This document shows, one piece after another, positions 8,405 to 17,110 of a DNA stretch of 32,620 bases. Location: positions 1-32,620 of the forward strand of contig JBBRNJ010000091.1 of the NCBI GenBank assembly GCA_038230375.1, in the 5' to 3' direction. The notes under the pieces are model-generated. The model was not told where the DNA came from and ran no database searches. It saw only the letters and a program-made list of their open reading frames with translations. This DNA is from Polyangiales bacterium. Lineage in GTDB: Bacteria; Myxococcota_A; Polyangia; Polyangiales; Polyangiaceae. The stretch's first letter is position 1, and every line of letters begins with the position of its first letter. The translations under genes and the position numbers were made by a program.

Positions 8405-10483
8405 TCAGTAGCTGCAGCGCAGTCCGAGCTTCCCGTACTTGTTGAGCAGGTCCGTCGTTCCTCCGCCGCCCTTGGCGTAGTTGTGGACCTCCCACGACCC
8501 GTTGCCGGTCCAGCGGTGGGTCGCGGAGAACACGCTCGCGTTGTAGACGACGTTCGACGTGAGCTCGAAGCCCGCGCCCACGATGTCTGCATGTCCGTTC
8601 GGCCCGCGCCCGCGCGTGCGGCCCGGGATGTTGAGGAACACGATGTAGTCGTTCGGGTTCATCGCGGCGCCGCTGCCCTGCTTCGGGTACTCGTACGAAT
8701 ACTTGTAGTCTGCATATTCGATCGACTTCGTGCTCGTGTCCCAGGAGAGGCCGCAGGCGGGATGACTTGCATCCGTGGCCCACGGGAAGCGGCAACCCCA
8801 GTAGGTCTTGTCACCGCCAGTGAGCCCGCGGTCTGCCGGCTCCGCAGGCACGAGCGATGAGACCGCGGACCACGGCATCGTGCCCGCGCCCCACGCTGCC
8901 TGCCACTCCTCGAGCAGTTCGAGGCGACCGCCGTCCCACACGCAGAAGGCCTGCGCCACGAGGTAGTCGGTGCAGCTCATGTTCTTCGTGTCGTAGGTCG
9001 GCTGATCCTGATCCGGCACAGACGCGCTGTCCTGATCGTTGTCCGGGAAGCGGAACGAGTGCGTGCCGGGCGAGCCGACGTAGCAGCCCGTCAACGTCTG
9101 CGCGTTGTTCTTGAAGATGGTCCCACCGAGGTGGTTCTTGATCGACGTGTAGATTCCTTGCTGTTCGGTACCACCGAGGCAGACGGTGCTCTTCGGGCAC
9201 TCACCCGAGGGCAGCGTGCACGTGCCGCCCTGGTTGCAGTCCGAGAGCTCGCCGGCGCCCACATCGCCGTCGAAGCTTGTCGGCAGGTACATGTCCCATG
9301 CCGACTCCAGCACGTAGTGAGCGGGGTCCGCGGGGATCGTCGGCATGGTTCCGCCAGCACGTGCACCCTGCACGAAGCCACGTACGTCGTAGTTGATGCT
9401 CTCCATGAACGCGCGCATGCGGCCCGACGTGACCGGGTACTTGCCCAGGTTGACGGTCTTGTTCTTCGTCGGGCCCGCCGTGGGAACGACAGGCGCAGTG
9501 GTGCAGCAGCTCTCCCATGCAGCCGCGCCTATACTTCCGTCGCCGCCGAAGCCGCAGGTGTCACCGCCGTAGTGCGCGGTGCAGCTGCGCGAGATGGCGC
9601 AATGCTTCGTGTAGTCGCAGCCCACGCTCTTGCAGTCGCCATCGAGCAGGCAGGCGAGCCCGGCAATGCACCCGGGGTTGCCGGCACCGCCGCAGTCCAC
9701 GTCTGTCTCGGTGCCGTTCTTGATGCCGTCGGTGGGGCTCGGCGGCTGGCACTGCAGGCCTGCACCGATGTCCGCGCAGACCCCGCTCGTACAGTCGTCC
9801 ACGACCTTGCACGTCTGGTTGTCGGCGCAGCGCGGGCAGCCGGCGCCGCCGCAGTCGACGTCCGTCTCGGTGCCGTTCTTCGAGCCGTCGTTGCAGACCG
9901 GCGTGACGCACTTGCCGCCCACGCATACGTCGCTCGAGCAGTCGCCGCGCGCCTTGCAGCCCTGGCCGTCCGCGCAGAGCGGGTTGCCCGCGCCGCCGCA
10001 GTCGATGCCCGTCTCGGTGCCGTTCTGCACGCCATCCATGTTCGTGGCGGCCTGACACTGGAGACCCTTGCCAGCATCCGTGCAGACCTTGCTCGCGCAG
10101 TCCGGGGCGACCGCGCACTTTTTTCCGGTGTCGCAGGCCTTGCAGGTACCGCCGCAGTCGATGTCGGACTCGCCTTCGTTCTTGATCCCGTCGGAGCAAG
10201 AGGCGGCGCTGCAGGTCCCCTTCGCGATGTTGCAGACGCCGGAGTCGCAATCCTGGTTCTTGGCGCAGGCGACACCGCCACCGCCGCCATCCTTGCCGGG
10301 GCCGCCCGCGTCCTTGCCGGGCGTGCTTCCATCTCCGCCACCGTTGCCGTCGGCATTCGAGCCGTCAGCGCTTGCGTCATCCGTGGTCGCGGAGTCATCT
10401 CCGCCACCGCACGCGGGCGCCAGAACGCCCAGAAGCAATGCGGAGACTGCGGTCACGACAGCAAAGGTACTCACACTACGCAT
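8405..10483 (-). CDS. Cys-rich lipoprotein with tandem CxDGxxNxxExDxDCGG repeats and a divergent C-terminal FGE-sulfatase (SUMF1/CLec-fold) domain
   Basis: Lipobox-like APAC; four DG.KN.ETDVDCGG-type repeats; LGKYPVT, AQAFCVWDGGRL..EEW, DIVGAGFE and terminal GLRC align with FGE-family motifs. Confidence 0.8.
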   Translation of the reverse strand: MRSVSTFAVVTAVSALLLGVLAPACGGGDDSATTDDASADGSNADGNGGGDGSTPGKDAGGPGKDGGGGGVACAKNQDCDSGVCNIAKGTCSAASCSDGIKNEGESDIDCGGTCKACDTGKKCAVAPDCASKVCTDAGKGLQCQAATNMDGVQNGTETGIDCGGAGNPLCADGQGCKARGDCSSDVCVGGKCVTPVCNDGSKNGTETDVDCGGAGCPRCADNQTCKVVDDCTSGVCADIGAGLQCQPPSPTDGIKNGTETDVDCGGAGNPGCIAGLACLLDGDCKSVGCDYTKHCAISRSCTAHYGGDTCGFGGDGSIGAAAWESCCTTAPVVPTAGPTKNKTVNLGKYPVTSGRMRAFMESINYDVRGFVQGARAGGTMPTIPADPAHYVLESAWDMYLPTSFDGDVGAGELSDCNQGGTCTLPSGECPKSTVCLGGTEQQGIYTSIKNHLGGTIFKNNAQTLTGCYVGSPGTHSFRFPDNDQDSASVPDQDQPTYDTKNMSCTDYLVAQAFCVWDGGRLELLEEWQAAWGAGTMPWSAVSSLVPAEPADRGLTGGDKTYWGCRFPWATDASHPACGLSWDTSTKSIEYADYKYSYEYPKQGSGAAMNPNDYIVFLNIPGRTRGRGPNGHADIVGAGFELTSNVVYNASVFSATHRWTGNGSWEVHNYAKGGGGTTDLLNKYGKLGLRCSY

Positions 10484-10536
10484 CGGGACCTCATTCGGTT
10501 GGGAGGCGGGGGAGAAGGCAGAACCCGCCGCATATG

Positions 10537-10564
10537 ACTATACCGCACCCTTCGCCCTTGTCAT
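10537..10564 (-). promoter_or_regulatory. Putative sigma70-type promoter for the FGE-like lipoprotein gene
   Basis: Minus strand ATGACA-N16-TATAGT, 5/6 match in each hexamer; GAGGT SD before ATG at 10483. Confidence 0.5.
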
Positions 10565-11114
10565 GCCCGCCCATTGGGGCAATGTTGTCGTTGTGGCTGT
10601 GCCCCTGCCTGATGATGTAGCGACATCTGCGACTGGTACGAAAGTCGATGCCGAGCCCTTGTTGTCAGGCCGCGCCGCCACCGAGAAGGGCGACATCGTG
10701 TTCTTCGACGGCGTCTGCAACCTCTGCAACGGCGTTGTTCAGTTCATCATCGACCGCGACGCCGGCGGCGGGATTCGCTTCGCGGCGCTGCAGTCCGAGG
10801 CGGCGCGCGAGATCCTGGGAGCGCTCGGCGTGGAGCTGCGGCTCGACGAGCCGGATAGCATCGTGCTGGTGACCGATGGTGGCACTGCGGGGGCCGGCGA
10901 GCGCATCGCCTACGAGCGTTCGAGCGCCGTGCTCCGCATCGCCCGGAAGCTCTCGTTTCCGTGGCCGCTCCTCTTCTACACGGGCATCCTCATGCCGCGG
11001 TTCCTGAGAGATGTATTCTACAAGTTCGTGGCCGGGCACCGCTACGGTTGGTTTGGCAAGGCCGAGTCGTGTCGCGTTCCGACGCCAGAGCTCCGCGCCC
11101 GCTTCCTCGCATGA
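10563..11114 (+). CDS. DCC1-like thiol-disulfide oxidoreductase (DUF393/YuxK family); start uncertain, may be GTG 10593 or 10599
   Basis: FFDGVCNLC motif, RFAALQS, DSIVLV, RDVFYKFVAGHRYGWFG..C..P. Confidence 0.9.
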   Translation: MPAHWGNVVVVAVPLPDDVATSATGTKVDAEPLLSGRAATEKGDIVFFDGVCNLCNGVVQFIIDRDAGGGIRFAALQSEAAREILGALGVELRLDEPDSIVLVTDGGTAGAGERIAYERSSAVLRIARKLSFPWPLLFYTGILMPRFLRDVFYKFVAGHRYGWFGKAESCRVPTPELRARFLA

Positions 11115-11127
11115 GCGCGTTCGCTTC

Positions 11128-11913
11128 ATGAGCGGCCTCGACGCGATCGATCGCATCTCTCCCACGCGACGGCCCGACGGTCGCGTGGCGCAGCACCAGT
11201 CCTGGAAGAAGCTGACGTTCCTGCACTGGCGCGTGCCGGAGGGAGTCCTCCGTCCGCTGCTTCCGAAGGAGCTCACGATCGACACGTTCGAGGGCGACGC
11301 GTTCGTGGGGCTCGTGCCGTTCACGATGACGGGCGTGCGTCCGCTCTGGGCGCCGTCCGTTCCGGGCATCTCCAACTTCCACGAGACGAACGTCCGCACC
11401 TACGTACACAAGGACGGCCGCGACCCCGGCGTGTGGTTCTTCAGCCTGGACGCAGCGAGCCGCGTGGCGGTCACCGTGGCGCGGACGTTCTGGCATCTGC
11501 CGTATCACCACGCGCGCATGTCGCTGGACGAGAGTCAGACCGCAGGCGGCGCGCGGGAGATTCGCTACGTGACCGAGCGGCTGGGCCCACCGCCAGTGCC
11601 CGCAGGTTGCGCGATCACCGCGCGCGTTGTGGGAGACGTGTCGCCCGCGGTGCCCGGCACGCTCGAGCACTTCCTCGCGGAGCGTTACGTCCTCTATGCG
11701 GACACGGGTGGCTCGAACCGGAGCGAGCTCTCGATCGGCCGCGTTCATCACGTGCCATATCCGTTGCAGCGCGCCGAGGCGGTCGCGTGGGAGGAGTCAC
11801 TCCTTGCTGCCACGGGGATCGCGCGATCGAACGACGCGCCGCTCACGCACTACGCAGAGGGCGTGGATGTGGAGGTCTTTCCGCTCGAGCCGCTCGGCAA
11901 AGCCGGGACCTGA
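11128..11913 (+). CDS. DUF2071/YqjF-family protein
   Basis: QSWKKLTFLHW, FHETNVRTYV, PGVWFFSLDA, LPYHHA, FLAERY, HHVPYPL. Confidence 0.9.
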   Translation: MSGLDAIDRISPTRRPDGRVAQHQSWKKLTFLHWRVPEGVLRPLLPKELTIDTFEGDAFVGLVPFTMTGVRPLWAPSVPGISNFHETNVRTYVHKDGRDPGVWFFSLDAASRVAVTVARTFWHLPYHHARMSLDESQTAGGAREIRYVTERLGPPPVPAGCAITARVVGDVSPAVPGTLEHFLAERYVLYADTGGSNRSELSIGRVHHVPYPLQRAEAVAWEESLLAATGIARSNDAPLTHYAEGVDVEVFPLEPLGKAGT

Positions 11914-12254
11914 TCTTCCGGTAGCGTCGGCAGCGAGATCACGAAGCCCGTCCACGATGGGAACAGCGCGGCGCCAGGCGTGAGCTCCAGTGCGAGCGCG
12001 AACAGGAAGCGCCAGCGGAAGCCGAGCACGAGCGAGAGCACCACCACGATCACGATGTCGAGCACGTCGTCCGGCGGGGAGAGCGCACCGGGCAAGAAGA
12101 CCTCGAACATGCCCATCTGCAGGAGGTCCGCGCACAGGGCGATGCCCATGGCGATCCGCTTTCGCTTCCGACTCACCGCGGCCGGCGAGATCTTGGAGCG
12201 GGCGGTCCGTGCAAGCGCAAGTGCGTCTTCTCGTGTCATCGGGAGGGCGCTCAT
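11850..12254 (-). CDS. Small hypothetical membrane protein
   Basis: Hydrophobic segments IAMGIALCADLLQ, VLDIVIVVVLSLVLGF, FLFALALEL..LFPSWT; start at MSALP preceded by TAACGT. Confidence 0.7.
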   Translation of the reverse strand: MSALPMTREDALALARTARSKISPAAVSRKRKRIAMGIALCADLLQMGMFEVFLPGALSPPDDVLDIVIVVVLSLVLGFRWRFLFALALELTPGAALFPSWTGFVISLPTLPEDQVPALPSGSSGKTSTSTPSA

Positions 12255-12389
12255 CGCTACCACGTTAACCATGCCCATGGCGTGCGCCAGGGAGCGGTTT
12301 GTTTGCAACAATACCGGAGAGAACGTCGCTACTTGCAGGTCGCCGGCTCGGGAGATCCTCCGGATGCCGATCGCGGCTAGTCTGGGTGA

Positions 12390-13478
12390 ATGCGATCTGT
12401 GTGGGCGGTGCTGTGTTCCTTCGCGGTGGCATGCACGCCCTCCGTTGCGAGCGGTCCCTCGGTAGCTTCACCTTCACCTTCACCTTCACCTTCACCTTCA
12501 CCCTCGGTGGCTTGCGGGGCTGGGCGTGAGCTTGCGGTTCACTTCTATGATGTAGGGCAGGGGCTTTCGGTGCTCGTGGACCTTCCCGACGGTCGTCACG
12601 TCCTGGTGGACGCCGGCGACGAGAAGACGCGTGCGGGCTGCGGCGAGGTCTGCGTGCGGAGCTCACATCACCTGGACGAGGTGCTGGCGCGCGATCTTCA
12701 CGGCGCGCCGCTCGACGTCGTGTGGATCACGCATCAGCACTCCGATCACGTGGGCGGTGTGCCCGATGTGCTGGCGCGCTTTCCCGCGCATGCCTACGTG
12801 GACAATGGACGCGACCTGCACCGCAAAGAGATCACGGACGCACGGGCCGCGGCGACCAGGGCTGGCGCGCGCCTTGTCACGATCGATCCAGAGCACCCCG
12901 CCGCTGCCGAGCTGGGCCCAGGTGACGGTCCGCTGAAGCTGACAGCGGTGCTCCCGCGTGCGTGGCCGTCGCGATGCAAGTCCGACCAGAACGACTGCTC
13001 GATCATGCTGCGCATCGACTACTGCGCTTCGTCAATCCTGTTCACGGGCGACGCGGAGATCGAGCTCGAGAAGATGATCGCGCCGCGCGGCCCTGTGACG
13101 CTGCTCCAGGTGGGACATCACGGAAGCAACACGTCGTCGTCCGAGGCGTTCCTTGCGGCCGTGCAGCCGCGATATGCCGTCATCTCATCCGGCAAGCCTC
13201 GCGAAGGGCTGAACGCCACGTATTGCCACCCACGCGCGTCCACCGTGCGGCGGCTCACGCAGCATGTGGATGCCGCGCAGGGCAACGTTGGAGACGCTGG
13301 CGCTGGCACGCCGCTGCTCGCCTACGATCGCGACGACCGGTGCGACGAGAGGGACGAAGCAGCGTGGGTCCCTGTACGCGCGAGCGCAGCCGTTTATTCC
13401 ACGGCCCGTGACGGAGATGTGGTGCTGGTGACCAAAGGCGACGGAACATTCGTGCGTCGTAGTTTTCTGGATCACTAA
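12390..13478 (+). CDS. ComEC/Rec2 C-terminal-like metallo-beta-lactamase-fold hydrolase, lipoprotein
   Basis: DVGQG, LVDAG, ITHQHSDHVGG, NDCS, LFTGD, VGHHGS, HP; lipobox AVAC. Confidence 0.9.
   Translation: MRSVWAVLCSFAVACTPSVASGPSVASPSPSPSPSPSPSVACGAGRELAVHFYDVGQGLSVLVDLPDGRHVLVDAGDEKTRAGCGEVCVRSSHHLDEVLARDLHGAPLDVVWITHQHSDHVGGVPDVLARFPAHAYVDNGRDLHRKEITDARAAATRAGARLVTIDPEHPAAAELGPGDGPLKLTAVLPRAWPSRCKSDQNDCSIMLRIDYCASSILFTGDAEIELEKMIAPRGPVTLLQVGHHGSNTSSSEAFLAAVQPRYAVISSGKPREGLNATYCHPRASTVRRLTQHVDAAQGNVGDAGAGTPLLAYDRDDRCDERDEAAWVPVRASAAVYSTARDGDVVLVTKGDGTFVRRSFLDH
12465..12506 (+). repeat. In-frame hexamer microsatellite (CCTTCA)5 with variant flanking units, encoding a (Pro-Ser)n linker
   Basis: gcttca-(ccttca)x5-ccctcg read directly. 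Confidence 0.9.
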
Positions 13479-13518
13479 CCCTTCGCGTTGTCACCCTTCA
13501 GTGGATAGGATTTGAGTC

Positions 13519-15798
13519 GTGCGAAAGACCCACGTCATCACGGTGCTCACCATTGCCCTCGTCTACGCCTGCGGCACGCCGCACGCCACGGACGCGCCCA
13601 AGGGCATCGCATCCGCTTCTCCCTCTTCGCTCGCATCGCAAGCGGCAAGCATCCAGCCGCCGCCCATGGACTCCGATCTGCCGGACATCCCGGCGGACCC
13701 GCGCGAGCCGATCCTTGCCTCAGCGGCCACGGTGCTGCTGACGAAGGAGCACGTGCTCGCGAAGCCGATCGACGACGCCGTCTCCAAGGAGGCGTTCGCC
13801 AAGTTCGTGGAGGAGCTGGACGGCGGCAAGGTCTTCTTCCTCGAGGGCCACGTCCACAAGCTCGCCAAGTACGAGACGCAGATGGACGATGAGCTGCGCA
13901 CCGGCGACCTCACGCTCGCGCGCAAGGGCACAGCGCTGCTGGGCGCGCGTCGCAAGGTGATCGCCGGGATGGTCGCGGAGCTGCTCTCGAAGCCCATGGA
14001 CTTCACCACGCAGGAGTCGATCGAGACCGACGCGAAGAAGCGTGCATTCTGCAAGACCGAGGAGGAGCTCGTTGCCCGCTGGCGCGGCGTGCTGAAGCTC
14101 CAGGTGCTGGAGCGCATGCAGCAGCTCGAGGACATCCTCGAGGCGAAGGCGCACCCCAAGCCCGACAAGGGCGGCAAGCCGAAGGACCCGGACGACCTGA
14201 AGCGCGAGGCGATCGCGGAGAAGGCCCTGGGCGAGATCCCGCAGACGTTCGAGGGCCGCCGCGACAAGGTGCAGAAGGAGCTGGGCACGCGCTACGCGAC
14301 GCAGTTCACGCGCCTGCTGGTGACCGAGAAGCTCGAGCCCGCGGAGACGTTCATCAACGCCGTCAACGCCGTGTTCGATCCGCACACGCAGTACCTCGCG
14401 CCGGCGCAGGAGGCGAACTTCGACATCGCCATGACCGGTCGCCTGGAGGGCATTGGCGCCACGCTGCAGGAGCAGGAGCACTACATCGTGGTCCACGATC
14501 TGGTCCCCGGTGGCGCGAGCTGGCAGCAGGGCAAGCTGGAGATCGGCGATCTCATCCTGTCCGTCGCTCAGGAGGGCAAGGAGGCCGTGGACGCCACCGA
14601 CCTGCCCATCGACAAGGTGGTCTCCATGATCCGCGGGCCCAAGGGCACCGTGGTGGTCCTCACCGTGAAGAAGCCGGAGGGTCGCATCGAGACCATCTCG
14701 ATCACACGCGACGTCATCCGCATCGAGGCCACGTACGCGCGCGGTGCCATCATCAAGAAGGACGAGAAGGGCGAAGCCGTCGGATACGTGTATCTTCCAG
14801 GTTTCTACGGCGACGTGGGCGCGCGCCGCAAGCCGGGCGAGCGCAACGCCACCGACGACGTCCGCGCCATCCTGACCCAGCTCTCCAAGAAGGGTGTCAC
14901 GTCGCTCGTGCTCGACCTTCGCGGCAACGGCGGCGGTCTCCTCACGCACGCGCGCGACATCAGCGGGCTCTTCATTCCAGAGGGGCCGGTCGTGCAGACC
15001 AAGGACTCCGAGGGCAACGTGGAGGTCTTGCGCGACACCGATCCGTCGGTCGCATTCGGCGGGCAGGTCGTCGTGCTGGTCGACAGGTTCAGCGCCTCGG
15101 CCGCGGAGATCCTCGCAGGCGCGCTGCAGGACTACGAGCGCGCGGTCGTGGTCGGTACCAGCCAGACGCATGGCAAGGGCACGGTGCAGTCCGTGCTCGA
15201 CCTTGACCGCATGCAGAAGTCGCAGAAGGGCGAGCCGCTCGGCCTCTACAAGGTCACCACGCAGGAGTACTTCCGCGTGAGCGGCGGCTCCACGCAGCTG
15301 AAGGGCGTGGTGCCGGACGTGCTGCTGCCCGATCCCACGTCGTTCGTGGACTCGCGCGAGAGCACGTTGTTCCACGCGATCCCGTGGACCACGATCAAGC
15401 CCGCCAACTTCTCGAAGAGCGCGCACATGTGGAAGACCGCGGACCTTGCCGCCTCCAGCACGTCGCGCACGGCGGTGAACGCGGATCTTGCGACGGTCAC
15501 GAAGTTCGCGAAGATCATGGAGTCGCGAAAGGACAAGACCACGCAGCAGCTGGAGCGCACCGCGTGGCAGGAAGAGAAGAAGCGCGCAAAGGCGGAGATC
15601 GAGGCGGTCGATCCCAAGAAGAAGGATCGCAAGCCCGTGCTGATCGTCAGCGCGCTCCCCAGCCAGGAGGCCGCACCGGCCGTCGCAGTCGACGAGCGGA
15701 TCCAGAAGCGCCTCGACGCGTGGAAGGACGACCTTGCGCGCGATCTCTGGGTGGACGAGTGCACGCGCATCCTCGCGGACATGAAGAAGGCGAAGTGA
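13519..15798 (+). CDS. prc: Carboxy-terminal processing protease (Prc/Tsp, peptidase S41) with PDZ domain; lipoprotein signal
   Basis: DPHTQY, LEGIGATL, IRGPKGT, LDLRGNGGG, SASAAEI (catalytic Ser), HGKGTVQ (catalytic Lys), GVVPD. Confidence 0.93.
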   Translation: MRKTHVITVLTIALVYACGTPHATDAPKGIASASPSSLASQAASIQPPPMDSDLPDIPADPREPILASAATVLLTKEHVLAKPIDDAVSKEAFAKFVEELDGGKVFFLEGHVHKLAKYETQMDDELRTGDLTLARKGTALLGARRKVIAGMVAELLSKPMDFTTQESIETDAKKRAFCKTEEELVARWRGVLKLQVLERMQQLEDILEAKAHPKPDKGGKPKDPDDLKREAIAEKALGEIPQTFEGRRDKVQKELGTRYATQFTRLLVTEKLEPAETFINAVNAVFDPHTQYLAPAQEANFDIAMTGRLEGIGATLQEQEHYIVVHDLVPGGASWQQGKLEIGDLILSVAQEGKEAVDATDLPIDKVVSMIRGPKGTVVVLTVKKPEGRIETISITRDVIRIEATYARGAIIKKDEKGEAVGYVYLPGFYGDVGARRKPGERNATDDVRAILTQLSKKGVTSLVLDLRGNGGGLLTHARDISGLFIPEGPVVQTKDSEGNVEVLRDTDPSVAFGGQVVVLVDRFSASAAEILAGALQDYERAVVVGTSQTHGKGTVQSVLDLDRMQKSQKGEPLGLYKVTTQEYFRVSGGSTQLKGVVPDVLLPDPTSFVDSRESTLFHAIPWTTIKPANFSKSAHMWKTADLAASSTSRTAVNADLATVTKFAKIMESRKDKTTQQLERTAWQEEKKRAKAEIEAVDPKKKDRKPVLIVSALPSQEAAPAVAVDERIQKRLDAWKDDLARDLWVDECTRILADMKKAK

Positions 15799-15799
15799 G

Positions 15800-16180
15800 C
15801 TAACGCACTTCCTGGACGCCGGTGGGCAACTTCCGACCGGCGTCACGGCACTGATAGACGTTGACCGATCCTTCGGGACACGGACAGCACCCGCTCGAGA
15901 ACTTCGGCCCACCGCATCCACCGCGAGCGCAGGTGCTGGCGGCATAGCACTCGATCTGGTGACAGTCGGGAACGGTGGAGGTCGGGGCGGGGGTCGAGGT
16001 CGGGGTCGAGGTCGAGGTCGAGGTCGGGGTCGAGGTCGGGGTCGAGGTCGAGGTCGAGGTCGAGGTCGGGGTCGTCGTCGAAGTCGACGTCGTCGTCGGG
16101 GTCGTTGTCGAGGTCGACGTCGCGTTCGGATCGCGGCAGGCCGCGAGCATCAGCAACAGCGTAGCAACTGGCATCTTCAC
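15800..16180 (-). CDS. Small lipoprotein with a Thr/Ser/Pro stalk and an 8-Cys C-terminal domain
   Basis: GTG start overlapping the upstream stop (GTGA); LLLMLAAC lipobox; CHQIEC..C..C..CCPC..C. Confidence 0.7.
   Translation of the reverse strand: MKMPVATLLLMLAACRDPNATSTSTTTPTTTSTSTTTPTSTSTSTSTPTSTPTSTSTSTPTSTPAPTSTVPDCHQIECYAASTCARGGCGGPKFSSGCCPCPEGSVNVYQCRDAGRKLPTGVQEVR
15975..16121. repeat. Degenerate GTCGAG/GTCGGG hexamer array encoding the TSTSTP stalk on the minus strand
   Basis: Directly visible 6-nt periodic array. Confidence 0.9.
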
Positions 16181-16902
16181 GGCAGCTCGGACACGTCGTG
16201 CGCGTCCACCAGCACGTAGTCGAACCCGTTCTTCTGGCTCGCGACTGCGGAGAGGAGCGTCTGTAGTTCGTCGTGCGGTAGGACCTGGCAGCCGATGGCG
16301 GGGACGTCGGGCAGTCCTCCGAGGTGCACCAGGATGGAGCCCGCCAGGTCGTGGCGCTTCTCCGAGGCGGCGCGCTCCGCGGCGTCGTAGCTGCCATCGT
16401 GCTTCGTGTCGCGCCACGTCGGGAGCGAGCCGTTGCCGGCGACAGTGAGCACGTGGAACGAAGGCAGGCCGCCGATGTTGCTCGAGGCGGGCCGCGGCGC
16501 TGCGTGATAGCGACCAGGACGGATCATGGCGACGTCGGGGACGTGATCGCCATCGACATCCGGTGAGCCTGTGGAGTGCGTGAACCACGGATGCGTCGAG
16601 CCCTGGAGCTCCAGCGCGGTCCCGTTTCTCAGGATCACGAACGTGTCGTCGTAGACCTTGCCCGTGTGCGTGTCGTGGAGCGTTCCGTCCATGGAGCGGC
16701 CGCGCAGACCCACCACCACGACATGATCGGCAGTCACATCGCCGCCGGCCTCGCGCACGATGCGGAGGTAGCCCGGATACTTCGCGGGATCACCCGCCGG
16801 AGTGTTGCCAAGCTCCGAGTCCACCGAAGGCTCGCCCTCCGCCGTCTGCGAAGCACAGGCAACGAGCAGCGAAGTGAGGAGCATTGCGGAGAGGAAGCGC
16901 AT
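16177..16902 (-). CDS. Lipoprotein with a putative L,D-transpeptidase-like (H...GC) catalytic domain; possible peptidoglycan-active enzyme
   Basis: MRFLSAMLLTSLLVAC lipobox; VVGLRG, YDD, PGRY, RDTKHDG, ILVHLGG..AIGCQ. Confidence 0.65.
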   Translation of the reverse strand: MRFLSAMLLTSLLVACASQTAEGEPSVDSELGNTPAGDPAKYPGYLRIVREAGGDVTADHVVVVGLRGRSMDGTLHDTHTGKVYDDTFVILRNGTALELQGSTHPWFTHSTGSPDVDGDHVPDVAMIRPGRYHAAPRPASSNIGGLPSFHVLTVAGNGSLPTWRDTKHDGSYDAAERAASEKRHDLAGSILVHLGGLPDVPAIGCQVLPHDELQTLLSAVASQKNGFDYVLVDAHDVSELP

Positions 16903-16918
16903 GGTGTGCGCACATGTG

Positions 16919-16934
16919 TGCATGGGCAATGCCA
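16919..16934 (-). promoter_or_regulatory. Putative sigma54 promoter of the L,D-TPase-like gene
   Basis: Minus strand TGGCATTGCCCATGCA with exact GG-N10-GC spacing, 16 nt upstream of the ATG. Confidence 0.6.
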
Positions 16935-17016
16935 GCCGTTTGGCCCCTGATTTCGGCCCGATCTCGACCGCCGATGGGCTTTGTGGATCCCCGACGTGGA
17001 TCGAACAAGAACCAGG

Positions 17017-17100
17017 GTCGAGGTCGAAGTCGACGTCGACGTCGACGGCGAAGTCGAGGTCGAAGTCGAAGTCGAGGTCGCGGTCGAGGTTGAAGTCGTA
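17017..17100. repeat. Intergenic array of 14 GTCGAN-type hexamers
   Basis: gtcgag gtcgaa gtcgac gtcgac gtcgac ggcgaa gtcgag gtcgaa gtcgaa gtcgag gtcgcg gtcgag gttgaa gtcgta. Confidence 0.9.
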
Positions 17101-17110
17101 CACTTGATGG

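Noticed and set aside
8405..8600. FGE/CLec domain as a diversity-generating retroelement target
   Set aside because: No reverse transcriptase and no template-repeat copy of the 3' end within the window; a remote DGR cannot be excluded
15975..17100. Repeat arrays as CRISPR
   Set aside because: 6-nt periodic simple repeats with no unique spacers, and no cas genes in the window
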